Assembly: GCA_016784385.1 (NCBI GenBank)
Contig: JADHUT010000005.1
Span: 1-46,267, forward strand
DNA length: 46,267 bases
Source of the DNA: Candidatus Microgenomates bacterium
GTDB taxonomy: Bacteria; Patescibacteriota; Microgenomatia; UBA8517
Direction of reading: 5' to 3'
The translations under genes and the position numbers were made by a program. The notes beneath the pieces are model-generated. The model did no database searches and was not told the DNA's origin. It saw only the letters and a list, made by a program, of their open reading frames with translations. Positions 9,522 through 18,574 of the stretch are shown here, piece after piece; positions within the stretch are counted from its first letter, which is position 1, and each line of letters opens with the position of its first letter.

Positions 9522-12500
9522 ATGACTTCTTCTAAATTTACCCACCTTCATGTCCACACAGAATACTCCTTACTTGATGGTCTTTCTAACATAAAAAAGT
9601 TGTTTACTCATGTCAAAAATAATGATATGGACGCAGTTGCCATCACCGACCACGGTGCCATGTATGGAGCAGTTGATTTTTTCAAAGAAGGACAAAAATC
9701 AGGAATAAAACCAATTATTGGATTGGAAGCTTACACAACTGCTTCAATGGAGGAAAAAATTAAAGATAACTACCATTTGACTTTACTGGCTAAAAATTAC
9801 GAAGGATATGTTAATTTAATGAGATTGACTTCTATTGCAAACATGGATGGCTATTATTATCGCCCACGATTCACTAAAGAGATCTTAGAAAAACACAAAA
9901 AGGGAATAATTGTACTGTCAGGTTGTCCTGCTGCAGAAGTACCTCAATACTTAATTAATGGTGAGCTGAAAAAAGCCAAAAAAACTACCCAGTGGTTTCA
10001 AAGTGTGTTTGGTACTGATTACTACATGGAAATACAACGCCACGATTATTCAAATATTATTCCGACTATTTCAAATGAAGAATTGAAAGTTAATTTGCAA
10101 AGAGTTGCAGATAATTCAAAAATTGCTGAAGAAGGTGTAGTTAAACTAAGTCGAGAGTTGGGAATACCACTAGTAGCAACCAATGACGCCCACTATGTAG
10201 AAAAGAGAGATGCCCCTGCACAAGATGCGCTTGTGTGTATTGCTACTGGCAAAAATATTTCAGACATAAAAAGAATGCGCTATATTGATAATCCTGATTT
10301 TTACTTAAAAACTCCTTCTGAAATGGAAGAGCAATTTCCAGACTTTCCAGATGCCTTGGAAAATAGTGTAAAGATAGCCGACAAATGTATCGTAGAAATT
10401 CCACTTGGAAAGTGGTATTTTCCTAAATTTAAACTCCCTAAAGGTAAAACTGATGATGCAGCTTACTTGCGTGAGCTTGTGTATGATCGTATTGCTGACA
10501 GAGTTGGTAAATTAACCAAAGAAGTCAAAGAAAGGGTCGAATACGAGCTAGAAATAATTTGTGGTAAAGGATACGCCGCATATTTTCTAATTGTCATGGA
10601 TATCGTTGATTGGGCAGCTGAAAATGGAATAGTGACAAACACCAGAGGTTCAGCAGCAGGTTCTCTGGTTTCATTTGTGTTAGGAGTTACTACAGTGAAC
10701 CCACTGACATACAACCTGCCGTTTGAGAGGTTTTTAAATCCGTACAGACCATCTCCTCCAGATATTGACTTTGATATTTCTGACAACCGTCGAGAAGATG
10801 TAATTAACTACATGGCCAATAAGTATGGTGTAGAAAAAACTGCTCAAATTTGTACATTTGGTCGAATGCTGGCCCGCGGGGCAGTGCGCGACATGGCAAG
10901 AGTTTTGGGATATGAATATTCAATCGGAGACAAGATATCAAAGTTAATTCCACTTGGTGCTCAGGGCTTTCCAATGACAATACAAAAGGCATTAGATGAA
11001 ACACCTGAACTAAAGCAGTTGTATGACAACGATGCAGATACAAAAAAAATACTTGATTTGTCCCGGGAGGTCGAAGGGTCTGCGAGACACATTTCAGTTC
11101 ATGCTGCAGGACTTGTAATTTCTCCAGGAGAGATTACAAAGTTTACTCCTATTCAAAAAGAACCTAAGGGCAAAAAAACTATCACTCAGTACGAAATGCA
11201 TGCTTGTGAAGATGTTGGCCTTATTAAGTTTGACATACTTGGAATTCGAAACCTGGCAATTTTGGGGTCTGCTATTCAAATTATTAAAGACAGAAGAGGT
11301 AAAACCATAACTCTCCACAACATACCAATAGATGGTAGTAAACATGAGTCTGCAAGAAAAACTTTTGAAATGCTCTCAAGGGGTGAAACTATGGGAACTT
11401 TTCAAATGGGAGGCTCTGGCATGACAAAGTTTTTAAAAGAGCTAAAGCCTGAGCGTGTTGAGGATATTATGGCAATGCTAGCTCTCTACCGCCCAGGCCC
11501 TATTACGGTGATACCTGAATACATTGCAAGAAAAAACAACCCAAAGCTGGTCAAATACTTGGACCCTAGAATGGAGAAATATTTAGATAAAAGCTATGGC
11601 CTTATTGTTTACCAGGACGATTTACTCTTTAGTGCAATTGATCTGGCAGGTTATTCCTGGGAAGAAGCTGATAAATTTAGAAAAGCGGTTGGAAAAAAGA
11701 TTCCTGAGGAAATGGCAGCACAAAAGGAAAAATTTCAAGCTGGAATTGTAGAAAATGGACAAACTAAAAAGTTTGCTGAAGATTTATGGCTTCTTTTTGA
11801 ACCATTCCAATCGTATGGATTTAATAAAGCCCATGCCGCTGCCTATGGAATGGTTGCATACTACACCTCATATCTTAAAGCCAACTACCCCGTAGAGTAC
11901 ATGACAGCACTCCTAACAGCTGAAAGTAATGATTCAGACAAGATAAGCCTGGCTATTAATGAGTGCAGGAAAATGAATATTAAAGTACTTCCCCCTGATA
12001 TAAACCAAAGTGATACTGACTTTACAATAGTAGATGACAAAGATTCTCTAGATAATATGGCTATAAGATTTGGGATATCAGCCATAAAACATGTTGGAGA
12101 AGCTGCAATTGAGGCAATTTTAGAAGCTAGAGAAAAGGAAAATTTTTCAAGTTTAATAGACCTTCTGACCAGATCTGATGGAAGAAGAGTTAATAAAAAA
12201 GTATTAGAAAGCCTAATTAAAGTAGGAGCTCTTTCTGAATTTGGGAAAAGATCACAGTTGCTATCCTCTTTGGACGATTTTAGAGCCAAGATAGTCAAAC
12301 CCAAACACGATAACGGACAAGAGGGGTTATTTTCAGCAGATGTAAATAAAAAAACATCCGGCTTTGTCAGTGACAGTGCACTACTAGACACTACCTTACC
12401 TGAATTTAGTAAAGAGGAACTTGAAAACTTGGAAAGAGAACTACTTGGATTTAGTTTAACTGCAAGACCCTTAGGGGAACTTCTGGGTGATTTAATCTTT

Positions 12501-12992
12501 GAAGCCACCCACAACGTTTCAGATCTTGATCCAGAGTCAAAAAAGAATCAAGTTGTAAAAATTGCAGGGGTAATTAAAGAGGTGAGACAAATTACAACCA
12601 AAAAGAGTGGTGCTGAAATGGCTTTTGTCAAAATTGAAGATCCAACAGGAATAGTAGACCTAGTAGTTTTTCCTAAAATCTATGAAAGCACAAAAGAAGC
12701 ATGGGTGGAAGGAAAACCACTGCTTGTTGAGGGAAAACTAGACAGTCGTGAAGAACAAGTAAATATTTTGGTTGAAAGTATCCAAACAGAGGTGCAAAAA
12801 CAAGCCACAATTAAAATTCCCAAAGAAGTAACACCAGATCAACTAAAAATGCTCAGAGCCGTCTTTGAAGAAAACCCAGGAGACAAAGAAGTAATGTTGT
12901 TTTTTGAAAAAAACAAAAAAAGAGTGAAACCAAAGATGAAGATTAATTGGAGCGAGACCTTGAGTTTACAAATTAAAGATATATTAGATTAA
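9522..12992 (+). CDS. dnaE: DNA polymerase III alpha subunit
   Basis: HLHVHTEYSLLDG, RGSAAGS, PDIDFD, KFDILG and YGFNKAH motifs; C-terminal OB fold. Confidence 0.97.
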   Translation: MTSSKFTHLHVHTEYSLLDGLSNIKKLFTHVKNNDMDAVAITDHGAMYGAVDFFKEGQKSGIKPIIGLEAYTTASMEEKIKDNYHLTLLAKNYEGYVNLMRLTSIANMDGYYYRPRFTKEILEKHKKGIIVLSGCPAAEVPQYLINGELKKAKKTTQWFQSVFGTDYYMEIQRHDYSNIIPTISNEELKVNLQRVADNSKIAEEGVVKLSRELGIPLVATNDAHYVEKRDAPAQDALVCIATGKNISDIKRMRYIDNPDFYLKTPSEMEEQFPDFPDALENSVKIADKCIVEIPLGKWYFPKFKLPKGKTDDAAYLRELVYDRIADRVGKLTKEVKERVEYELEIICGKGYAAYFLIVMDIVDWAAENGIVTNTRGSAAGSLVSFVLGVTTVNPLTYNLPFERFLNPYRPSPPDIDFDISDNRREDVINYMANKYGVEKTAQICTFGRMLARGAVRDMARVLGYEYSIGDKISKLIPLGAQGFPMTIQKALDETPELKQLYDNDADTKKILDLSREVEGSARHISVHAAGLVISPGEITKFTPIQKEPKGKKTITQYEMHACEDVGLIKFDILGIRNLAILGSAIQIIKDRRGKTITLHNIPIDGSKHESARKTFEMLSRGETMGTFQMGGSGMTKFLKELKPERVEDIMAMLALYRPGPITVIPEYIARKNNPKLVKYLDPRMEKYLDKSYGLIVYQDDLLFSAIDLAGYSWEEADKFRKAVGKKIPEEMAAQKEKFQAGIVENGQTKKFAEDLWLLFEPFQSYGFNKAHAAAYGMVAYYTSYLKANYPVEYMTALLTAESNDSDKISLAINECRKMNIKVLPPDINQSDTDFTIVDDKDSLDNMAIRFGISAIKHVGEAAIEAILEAREKENFSSLIDLLTRSDGRRVNKKVLESLIKVGALSEFGKRSQLLSSLDDFRAKIVKPKHDNGQEGLFSADVNKKTSGFVSDSALLDTTLPEFSKEELENLERELLGFSLTARPLGELLGDLIFEATHNVSDLDPESKKNQVVKIAGVIKEVRQITTKKSGAEMAFVKIEDPTGIVDLVVFPKIYESTKEAWVEGKPLLVEGKLDSREEQVNILVESIQTEVQKQATIKIPKEVTPDQLKMLRAVFEENPGDKEVMLFFEKNKKRVKPKMKINWSETLSLQIKDILD

Positions 12993-13008
12993 AAAATAAT
13001 TTTCCAGC

Positions 13009-13037
13009 TTGAGGGTGGTTTGTTCTTCGTATATAAT
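13009..13037 (+). promoter_or_regulatory. Sigma70-type promoter of rplS, probably leaderless
   Basis: TTGAGG-17 bp-TATAAT, ending 8 nt before the ATG; no SD. Confidence 0.65.
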
Positions 13038-13045
13038 ACCCTTCT

Positions 13046-13495
13046 ATGGCATTAACAATTAAACATAAGCAAACCTTAAGCTCTGGAGAGCAAAAAGACG
13101 TTGAGTTTGGTGTAGGAGATAGAATCAGAGTATACCAAAAAATAAAAGAAGGGGATAAAACTCGTGTTGCCTTCTTTGAAGGGATGGTGTTGGGTATCAA
13201 AGGAATTGGCGAGAGAAAAAACTTTTTGGTCAGAAGAATTGGTGAAGCAAGAATTGGTATAGAGAGAATTTTCCCAATTTCCTCACCTACCATTACTGAA
13301 GTTAAAGTCATCAAAAAAGGAACAAAAGGAGCAAGACGTGCAAAACTCTACTACACAAGAGAAAAATCACCTCGTGAAATCGAAGCAATTTATACAAGAA
13401 ACAAAAGAAGAGAGGAAGCACAAACTAAAAAGGTTATAAAAAAGAAAAAGACTAAAATTGTCAAAAAATCTTCAAAAACATCAATTAAAAAATGA
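13046..13495 (+). CDS. rplS: 50S ribosomal protein L19 with Lys-rich C-terminal tail
   Basis: FGVGD.I.V..KIKEG.K.R..FEG, GIERIFP and RRAKLYY motifs. Confidence 0.95.
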   Translation: MALTIKHKQTLSSGEQKDVEFGVGDRIRVYQKIKEGDKTRVAFFEGMVLGIKGIGERKNFLVRRIGEARIGIERIFPISSPTITEVKVIKKGTKGARRAKLYYTREKSPREIEAIYTRNKRREEAQTKKVIKKKKTKIVKKSSKTSIKK

Positions 13496-13830
13496 CCAAG
13501 TTAGAGGCAGGACATGATTTTTCTCAATTTAATGGTAAGAAGTATGTTTTAGAAAAGGGACACATAGAAACACAACAGAAGGATCCTAAGATAGATTTAG
13601 AACACCATACCCATATAGCTGTGAGAATAGGTGTTACTGAATTCTTTGTGGATTCTCAAGGCTACAGACTTCCTTTTGTAGATGCTGCGGGAGAAATTAT
13701 TGTGCAAGATGGAAAAATTGGATTTGGGATAGGAACAACCACCTGCAAAATTAGAACAGATGAGGCTGAAGCCATCAAAAAAGTTAACTCTGTGGCAAAG
13801 GAGTTATTTGGTGAGGATAAAGTATTCTAA
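13492..13830 (+). CDS. Hypothetical protein
   Basis: 112-aa ORF with ATGA overlap on rplS; fills the gap to ruvC. Confidence 0.7.
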   Translation: MTKLEAGHDFSQFNGKKYVLEKGHIETQQKDPKIDLEHHTHIAVRIGVTEFFVDSQGYRLPFVDAAGEIIVQDGKIGFGIGTTTCKIRTDEAEAIKKVNSVAKELFGEDKVF

Positions 13831-13852
13831 TCTTCTGCTATACTCTTTCTAG

Positions 13853-14365
13853 ATGCTTATTTTAGGAATTGACCCCGGTACAGCTACAACTGGTTTTGGG
13901 TTTATAAACATAGTCAAAGGCAAACCTGTTAGTCGTGGTTGGGGTTTAATTGAAACAAATAAAGAAAATAAAACTGAAGTAAGGTTAGAAAGAATTCACA
14001 AAGAAACCCTTAAACTTCTTAAAATCCACAAGCCCGATATATTTGCTATAGAAAAAGTTTTTTTTGCAACTAACGCCAAAACTGCAATTGCGGTAGGGCA
14101 AGCTATTGGTGTCATGCTCTTGGCAGCTTCAAAGACTGGTATTACTGTATTTGAATACGCCCCTGGTACTATTAAAAAAATGGTTACAGGCTCAGGTAGA
14201 GCCAGTAAAAAAGAAGTTCAAGTTGCAGTCAGAAAAATCATGGGAAACCATGTAAAAAGCAAAAAACACAAAAAAACTCATTTTGACAATGCAGCAGACG
14301 CGTTGGCAGTTGCACTAACTCATGCCAGAAAAGAAGGACTTATAAAAGGAGGTGAGGAAAAATGA
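13853..14365 (+). CDS. ruvC: Holliday junction resolvase RuvC
   Basis: ILGIDPG, AIEKVFF, IKKMVTGSGRA.K and DNAADALAVA motifs. Confidence 0.96.
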   Translation: MLILGIDPGTATTGFGFINIVKGKPVSRGWGLIETNKENKTEVRLERIHKETLKLLKIHKPDIFAIEKVFFATNAKTAIAVGQAIGVMLLAASKTGITVFEYAPGTIKKMVTGSGRASKKEVQVAVRKIMGNHVKSKKHKKTHFDNAADALAVALTHARKEGLIKGGEEK

Positions 14366-14634
14366 CTGATGAAAAGAAAAGACCCTTGGGGTTTAAAATT
14401 GGAAAAGTATCCCACTATTACGACAAAATCAGCGTTGCAATAGTTGAACTAACTTCCGGCTTAGCAGTAGGAGACAAAGTTAAATTTGAAAGAGGAGGAG
14501 AGGATATGTTTGAGCAAAAAATAGATTCCATCCAAATCGAGCACAAAAAGGTGGATTCAGCAAGCAGTGGTGATGTGGTAGGATTAAAAGTTAATGAAAC
14601 GCTCAAAGAAGGCACGGAAGTCTACAAAGTCTAG
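14362..14634 (+). CDS. Small translation-factor domain II-like beta-barrel protein (U32 C-terminal-like)
   Basis: IGKVSHYYDKISVA...L.VGD...SIQIEH..V..A..GD.VGLKV; strong SD AGGAGGTG upstream. Confidence 0.75.
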   Translation: MTDEKKRPLGFKIGKVSHYYDKISVAIVELTSGLAVGDKVKFERGGEDMFEQKIDSIQIEHKKVDSASSGDVVGLKVNETLKEGTEVYKV

Positions 14635-15055
14635 GGGGCAAGTTAGTTGGAAACTGGCACCCGACATCAAGAAACGCTCTCATGAGCTTATTTCTCAGTT
14701 TGGTTTAGACTGGATTAGATTTGAGAGAATATTTTTTTACCGCTCCATAGACTCAAAAGCTAAAGCATATGCAAGAACCTGGGGACTTCCCAGGCTTTGG
14801 CAAAGAAGCCTCAAAGTAGAACCTTCCTATATGATTGAAGTTTTAGCAGAACATTTTGACAAATTGGATGAAATGGAACAAGACAAAATAATTTTGCATG
14901 AGCTGAGCCATATCCCAAAAACATTTTCAGGTGCTCTCCTGCCCCATACAAGACACACTAAGGGTAGTTTCCATGACAAGTTGGATATACTCCTTAAGGA
15001 CTATCACAAACAAAAAGGAAAGAAGAGGTTTAGTATGTTTAAGATAAATTTATGA
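14594..15055 (+). CDS. Putative zincin-like metallopeptidase
   Basis: AYARTWGL...Y.IEVL.E.FD.L...ILHELSHIP (HExxH). Confidence 0.75.
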   Translation: MKRSKKARKSTKSRGQVSWKLAPDIKKRSHELISQFGLDWIRFERIFFYRSIDSKAKAYARTWGLPRLWQRSLKVEPSYMIEVLAEHFDKLDEMEQDKIILHELSHIPKTFSGALLPHTRHTKGSFHDKLDILLKDYHKQKGKKRFSMFKINL

Positions 15056-15663
15056 AAATAATAGTACTGCACGGTGATGACACTAAAAGGAGCTATGCGC
15101 GTTTGTCAAAGTTTATTGAGGTGGCAAAAAAAAGAAAATGGGAAATAGTTAACGACAAAGTAGAAGAGACACCATCTCTTTTTGGAACAGAAAAGTTAAT
15201 AATACTCAGAAAATATCAAATATTAGGAAAGCCCGAGTTAAAATTAACAGAAAAAATTCCAGGAACACTAGTTATATACCATGACAAAAATATACCAGTT
15301 ACATTTTTAAAAACTCTCCCCAAGACCACAAAAACAGAAAAATTTGAACTTCCAAAACTTCTTTGGAATTTTCTTGATAACTTAGAAATAAAACAGTTTC
15401 AAAAGGTGGTTGAAACAGAACCAGTTGAAATGGTGTTTGCAATGATTGCAAGAAGGTTTAGAGATTTATATTGGGCAAAGGTAGGAGACCCAAAAATGAG
15501 CCCGTGGCAGCTATCTAAATTAAAAAGACAAGCTGAAAAGTATACAGAAAGACAACTGAAGGAAATAATTGCTGATTTATCTAAAATTGATGTTGATGCC
15601 AAAACTGGAAAAGCTACTCTGAAAGACTCTCTTGACTTACTATTTATGAAAAGGCTAAGCTAA
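15052..15663 (+). CDS. holA: Short DNA polymerase III delta subunit-like protein
   Basis: IIVLHGDD, SLFG.EKLII and C-terminal L..ID..AKTG; about 200 aa. Confidence 0.7.
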   Translation: MKIIVLHGDDTKRSYARLSKFIEVAKKRKWEIVNDKVEETPSLFGTEKLIILRKYQILGKPELKLTEKIPGTLVIYHDKNIPVTFLKTLPKTTKTEKFELPKLLWNFLDNLEIKQFQKVVETEPVEMVFAMIARRFRDLYWAKVGDPKMSPWQLSKLKRQAEKYTERQLKEIIADLSKIDVDAKTGKATLKDSLDLLFMKRLS

Positions 15664-15679
15664 TATTCACTTATAATAT

Positions 15680-17107
15680 ATGAAAACCGTAAAGGATATT
15701 AATCCAGAGATCTTCAGGGGGTATGATATTAGAGCTTTGGTGGACAAAGACTTAAATGAAGATGTTTACTACACACTCGGAAAAGCCTACGCCACTTTTT
15801 TGTACAGAAGAAGAATTAATGAAACAGTGGTTGGTAGAGATATCAGATTAACATCTGAAGCTTATTCAAAAGTTTTTGTTCAAGGGCTTGTGGAGAGCGG
15901 AATTAATGTAATAGATATAGGACTTACACTTGCACAAATTATGTACTTCTCACAATATCATTACCTATCAAAAGGTGGAGCAATGATTACTGCTTCCCAT
16001 AATCCAGCTAACTATAATGGGCTAAAGTTGGCAGTTGGTTTTTCTGACACAATGATGGGTGAGGAGATCCAAGAAATAAGAAAAATTGCCAAATCTGGAA
16101 ATTTCAAATCATTCGATCAAAACGGGACTTATAAAGAGGAAGATGTTTTTGAATACTACCTTAACGATTTGTTTAAGCGAGTTCCTATAAAAGACGCTGG
16201 ATATAAAGTGGTAATAGACACATTAAACGCCACTGCTGGTAAATTTATGCCGGAAGTACTTAGAAGATCTGGTTGTGAGGTATTTGAACAAAATACAAAA
16301 TTAGATGGATCTTTTCCACTTGGTACACCTGACCCAACAGAGAGAAGTGTATTGGAGAGATTAGCAAAAGGAGTAAAAGAACATAACGCGGATTTAGGAT
16401 TTGCCTTTGATTCTGATGGTGACAGAATGGGAGTTGTAGATGGTAATGGAAATTTAATCTGGAATGATATTTTAGTTGCAATATTCGCAATGGATATATT
16501 AGAGTACTTACCAGGAGCCCCTATTGTATTCAACACTCTTTGTTCAAAGGCTACTTCTGATGTTATTACCAACAGTGGAGGAAAGCCTGAAATGTGGCTT
16601 ACTGGTCATAGTTTTATAAAAGCAAGAGTTAAAGAAACCAGAGCGCCTTACGGCGGGGAACTTTCAGGGCACATGTTCTTTATGGATAATTTCTACGGAC
16701 ATGATGATACCGCCATTGCAGTGTTAAGACTTCTTTCATACATGAAAAGAAAAAACAAAACATTGAAACAGATTGTGGATGAATTACCTAAATATGTTTC
16801 TAGTCCTGAAATAAAACTTGGCCTTGCAGATGCAATTAAATTTAAACTAATCGATGAAAAGATTAGTAAAGACGTAAAAGATATATTTCCAAAAGCTGAT
16901 TATGTAGACATAGATGGTTTTAGAGCAGATACAAAAGATGAAATGGTAATTATTAGAGCAAGCCAAAATGGTCCATATATAACTATAAAATTTGAGGCAA
17001 AAACTCAAGAAAAATATGATGAATTAAAGATAAAAATAAAACAGATTTTGACTAAATATAAAGAAATCGATTGGAAATCCGGTGTAAATATCCACGCATT
17101 TGAATAA
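15680..17107 (+). CDS. Phosphomannomutase/phosphoglucomutase
   Basis: IFRGYDIR, TASHNP, FDSDGDR and GGELSGH motifs. Confidence 0.95.
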   Translation: MKTVKDINPEIFRGYDIRALVDKDLNEDVYYTLGKAYATFLYRRRINETVVGRDIRLTSEAYSKVFVQGLVESGINVIDIGLTLAQIMYFSQYHYLSKGGAMITASHNPANYNGLKLAVGFSDTMMGEEIQEIRKIAKSGNFKSFDQNGTYKEEDVFEYYLNDLFKRVPIKDAGYKVVIDTLNATAGKFMPEVLRRSGCEVFEQNTKLDGSFPLGTPDPTERSVLERLAKGVKEHNADLGFAFDSDGDRMGVVDGNGNLIWNDILVAIFAMDILEYLPGAPIVFNTLCSKATSDVITNSGGKPEMWLTGHSFIKARVKETRAPYGGELSGHMFFMDNFYGHDDTAIAVLRLLSYMKRKNKTLKQIVDELPKYVSSPEIKLGLADAIKFKLIDEKISKDVKDIFPKADYVDIDGFRADTKDEMVIIRASQNGPYITIKFEAKTQEKYDELKIKIKQILTKYKEIDWKSGVNIHAFE

Positions 17108-17109
17108 GC

Positions 17110-18135
17110 ATGAATAATAACAAACTTGACTCTATGGGAATTGGAAAGGCACTGCAGCTCTTCCCTGACCAGATAAAAAGAACTTTCAAAGAAAGCCTTG
17201 AGAGTAACCTGGAAAAACTAGATTTTGATTCAGTAGTTATCACAGGAATGGGAGGGTCTTCTAATGCTGGTAAAATGATTGCAAGCTGGCAAGAAGATAC
17301 TAACAATATCCCAATTGTTGTATATAACGACTATGGACTACCCAGTTGGGTAAACAGCAAAACACTCGTAGTGTTGAACAGTTATTCAGGAAACACAGAA
17401 GAAACTATTTCTGCATACGATCCAGCAAAGCAAAAAGACTGTATGGTGGTAGGGTTAACAACTGGTGGCAAGATCGGAGAGCTAATTAGCTCTGGTGAAA
17501 TTAAGGGAGCAATCATCTCAGCAGAAGACACAAATCCAAGCACATACCCTAAAAGTGGTTTAGGGTTATCTCTAGGAGGGCTCATTGGGGTGTTGGTTAA
17601 AGTGGGTTTATTGAACTTTTCAGAAGAAAAACTAAATTCCGCACTGGATGAGTTGGTTGAAATTAGGGCATCTTGGAATGTAGAGGAAATGTCTGGGAAA
17701 CTTGCTGGTTTTACTCCGGTATACTTTGGATCAAGGCAGTTTGTGGGTGCTTTGAATGCAGGGAGAAATGCAACATGTGAAATTGGAAGAGTGTTTACTC
17801 AGTTTTATGATTTTCCTGAGGTAAACCATGTACTTGTTGAAGCCTTACAAATCCCTGAGGAGGTAAAAAGAAATAGGTATCTATTTTTCGAAAGCAAGTT
17901 TGATAACGAAAGAATCAAGCTACGCTATAAAATTACCAAAGAAATTTTCAATGAGATGGGCTTGACATATTTTGACTACCAACTCAAAGGAGTGGACAAA
18001 TTTGTACAAAGCATGGAAATTGCACATTACGCAGCATGGTTAGGATATAACATGTCGATCTTAAGATCTGATGACCCGGGACCTGAGCCTTGGATATTAA
18101 AACTTAAAAAATCCCTTTCCCAACCAGTTCACTAA
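17110..18135 (+). CDS. Bifunctional phosphoglucose/phosphomannose isomerase (SIS domain)
   Basis: GMGGS, SYSGNTEET, TTGG and FPEVNH motifs; C-terminal P...I..LK. Confidence 0.88.
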   Translation: MNNNKLDSMGIGKALQLFPDQIKRTFKESLESNLEKLDFDSVVITGMGGSSNAGKMIASWQEDTNNIPIVVYNDYGLPSWVNSKTLVVLNSYSGNTEETISAYDPAKQKDCMVVGLTTGGKIGELISSGEIKGAIISAEDTNPSTYPKSGLGLSLGGLIGVLVKVGLLNFSEEKLNSALDELVEIRASWNVEEMSGKLAGFTPVYFGSRQFVGALNAGRNATCEIGRVFTQFYDFPEVNHVLVEALQIPEEVKRNRYLFFESKFDNERIKLRYKITKEIFNEMGLTYFDYQLKGVDKFVQSMEIAHYAAWLGYNMSILRSDDPGPEPWILKLKKSLSQPVH

Positions 18136-18151
18136 ATGTTATAGTTAATTC

Positions 18152-18349
18152 ATGGTCTATTCCAAGGGGCAGTTAAAGATTGCTTCAGAGTTTTCAAATG
18201 ATATCGCTAAAGGAGTAATGATTGCTGTTATCTTGGGGCAAGGAATAATTAATATCGATGCTCCTTTTAAAATTTATATAAATCTTTTGTGGTTTTCAAT
18301 CTCGATATTGTTGTTTATATCGGCTATGATATTTAGTAGAAGTTTATGA
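18152..18349 (+). CDS. Small membrane protein with two predicted TM segments (65 aa)
   Basis: Extended -10 TGtTATAGT 6 nt upstream; two hydrophobic segments. Confidence 0.65.
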   Translation: MVYSKGQLKIASEFSNDIAKGVMIAVILGQGIINIDAPFKIYINLLWFSISILLFISAMIFSRSL

Positions 18350-18474
18350 CATATCAATTAAGTGACCAGGCGATAACTGGCATTAACACTATATTTATTA
18401 TGCTTGCAATATTTGGAGTTGCTTTTGTTTATACTTTTGTTAAAGGTGATAAAAAGCGGATAAAAAGAAAATGA
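18346..18474 (+). CDS. Small single-TM peptide, 42 aa (not in ORF track)
   Basis: MTYQLSDQAITGINTIFIMLAIFGVAFVYTFVKGDKKRIKRK; ATGA overlaps at both ends; hydrophobic core with basic tail. Confidence 0.6.
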   Translation: MTYQLSDQAITGINTIFIMLAIFGVAFVYTFVKGDKKRIKRK

Positions 18475-18572
18475 ATATAACATGGGATATATACACTTCA
18501 GGATATGCACTTGGTATTGTTGTGGTGTTGGCATTTATCTCCCTTTATTATCTGAACAAAAATTATAAATAA
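18471..18572 (+). CDS. Small single-TM peptide, 33 aa (not in ORF track)
   Basis: MNITWDIYTSGYALGIVVVLAFISLYYLNKNYK; ATGA overlap upstream; stops 2 nt before the ppsA ATG. Confidence 0.55.
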   Translation: MNITWDIYTSGYALGIVVVLAFISLYYLNKNYK

Positions 18573-18574
18573 TT

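Noticed and set aside
9522-12992. Possible intein in DnaE
   Set aside because: Length is normal, motifs are contiguous and no splicing blocks are visible.
2457-14365. UGA recoding (code 25 or 4)
   Set aside because: lemA, htpX, rplS and ruvC end at TGA at plausible lengths, and long genes are uninterrupted under code 11.
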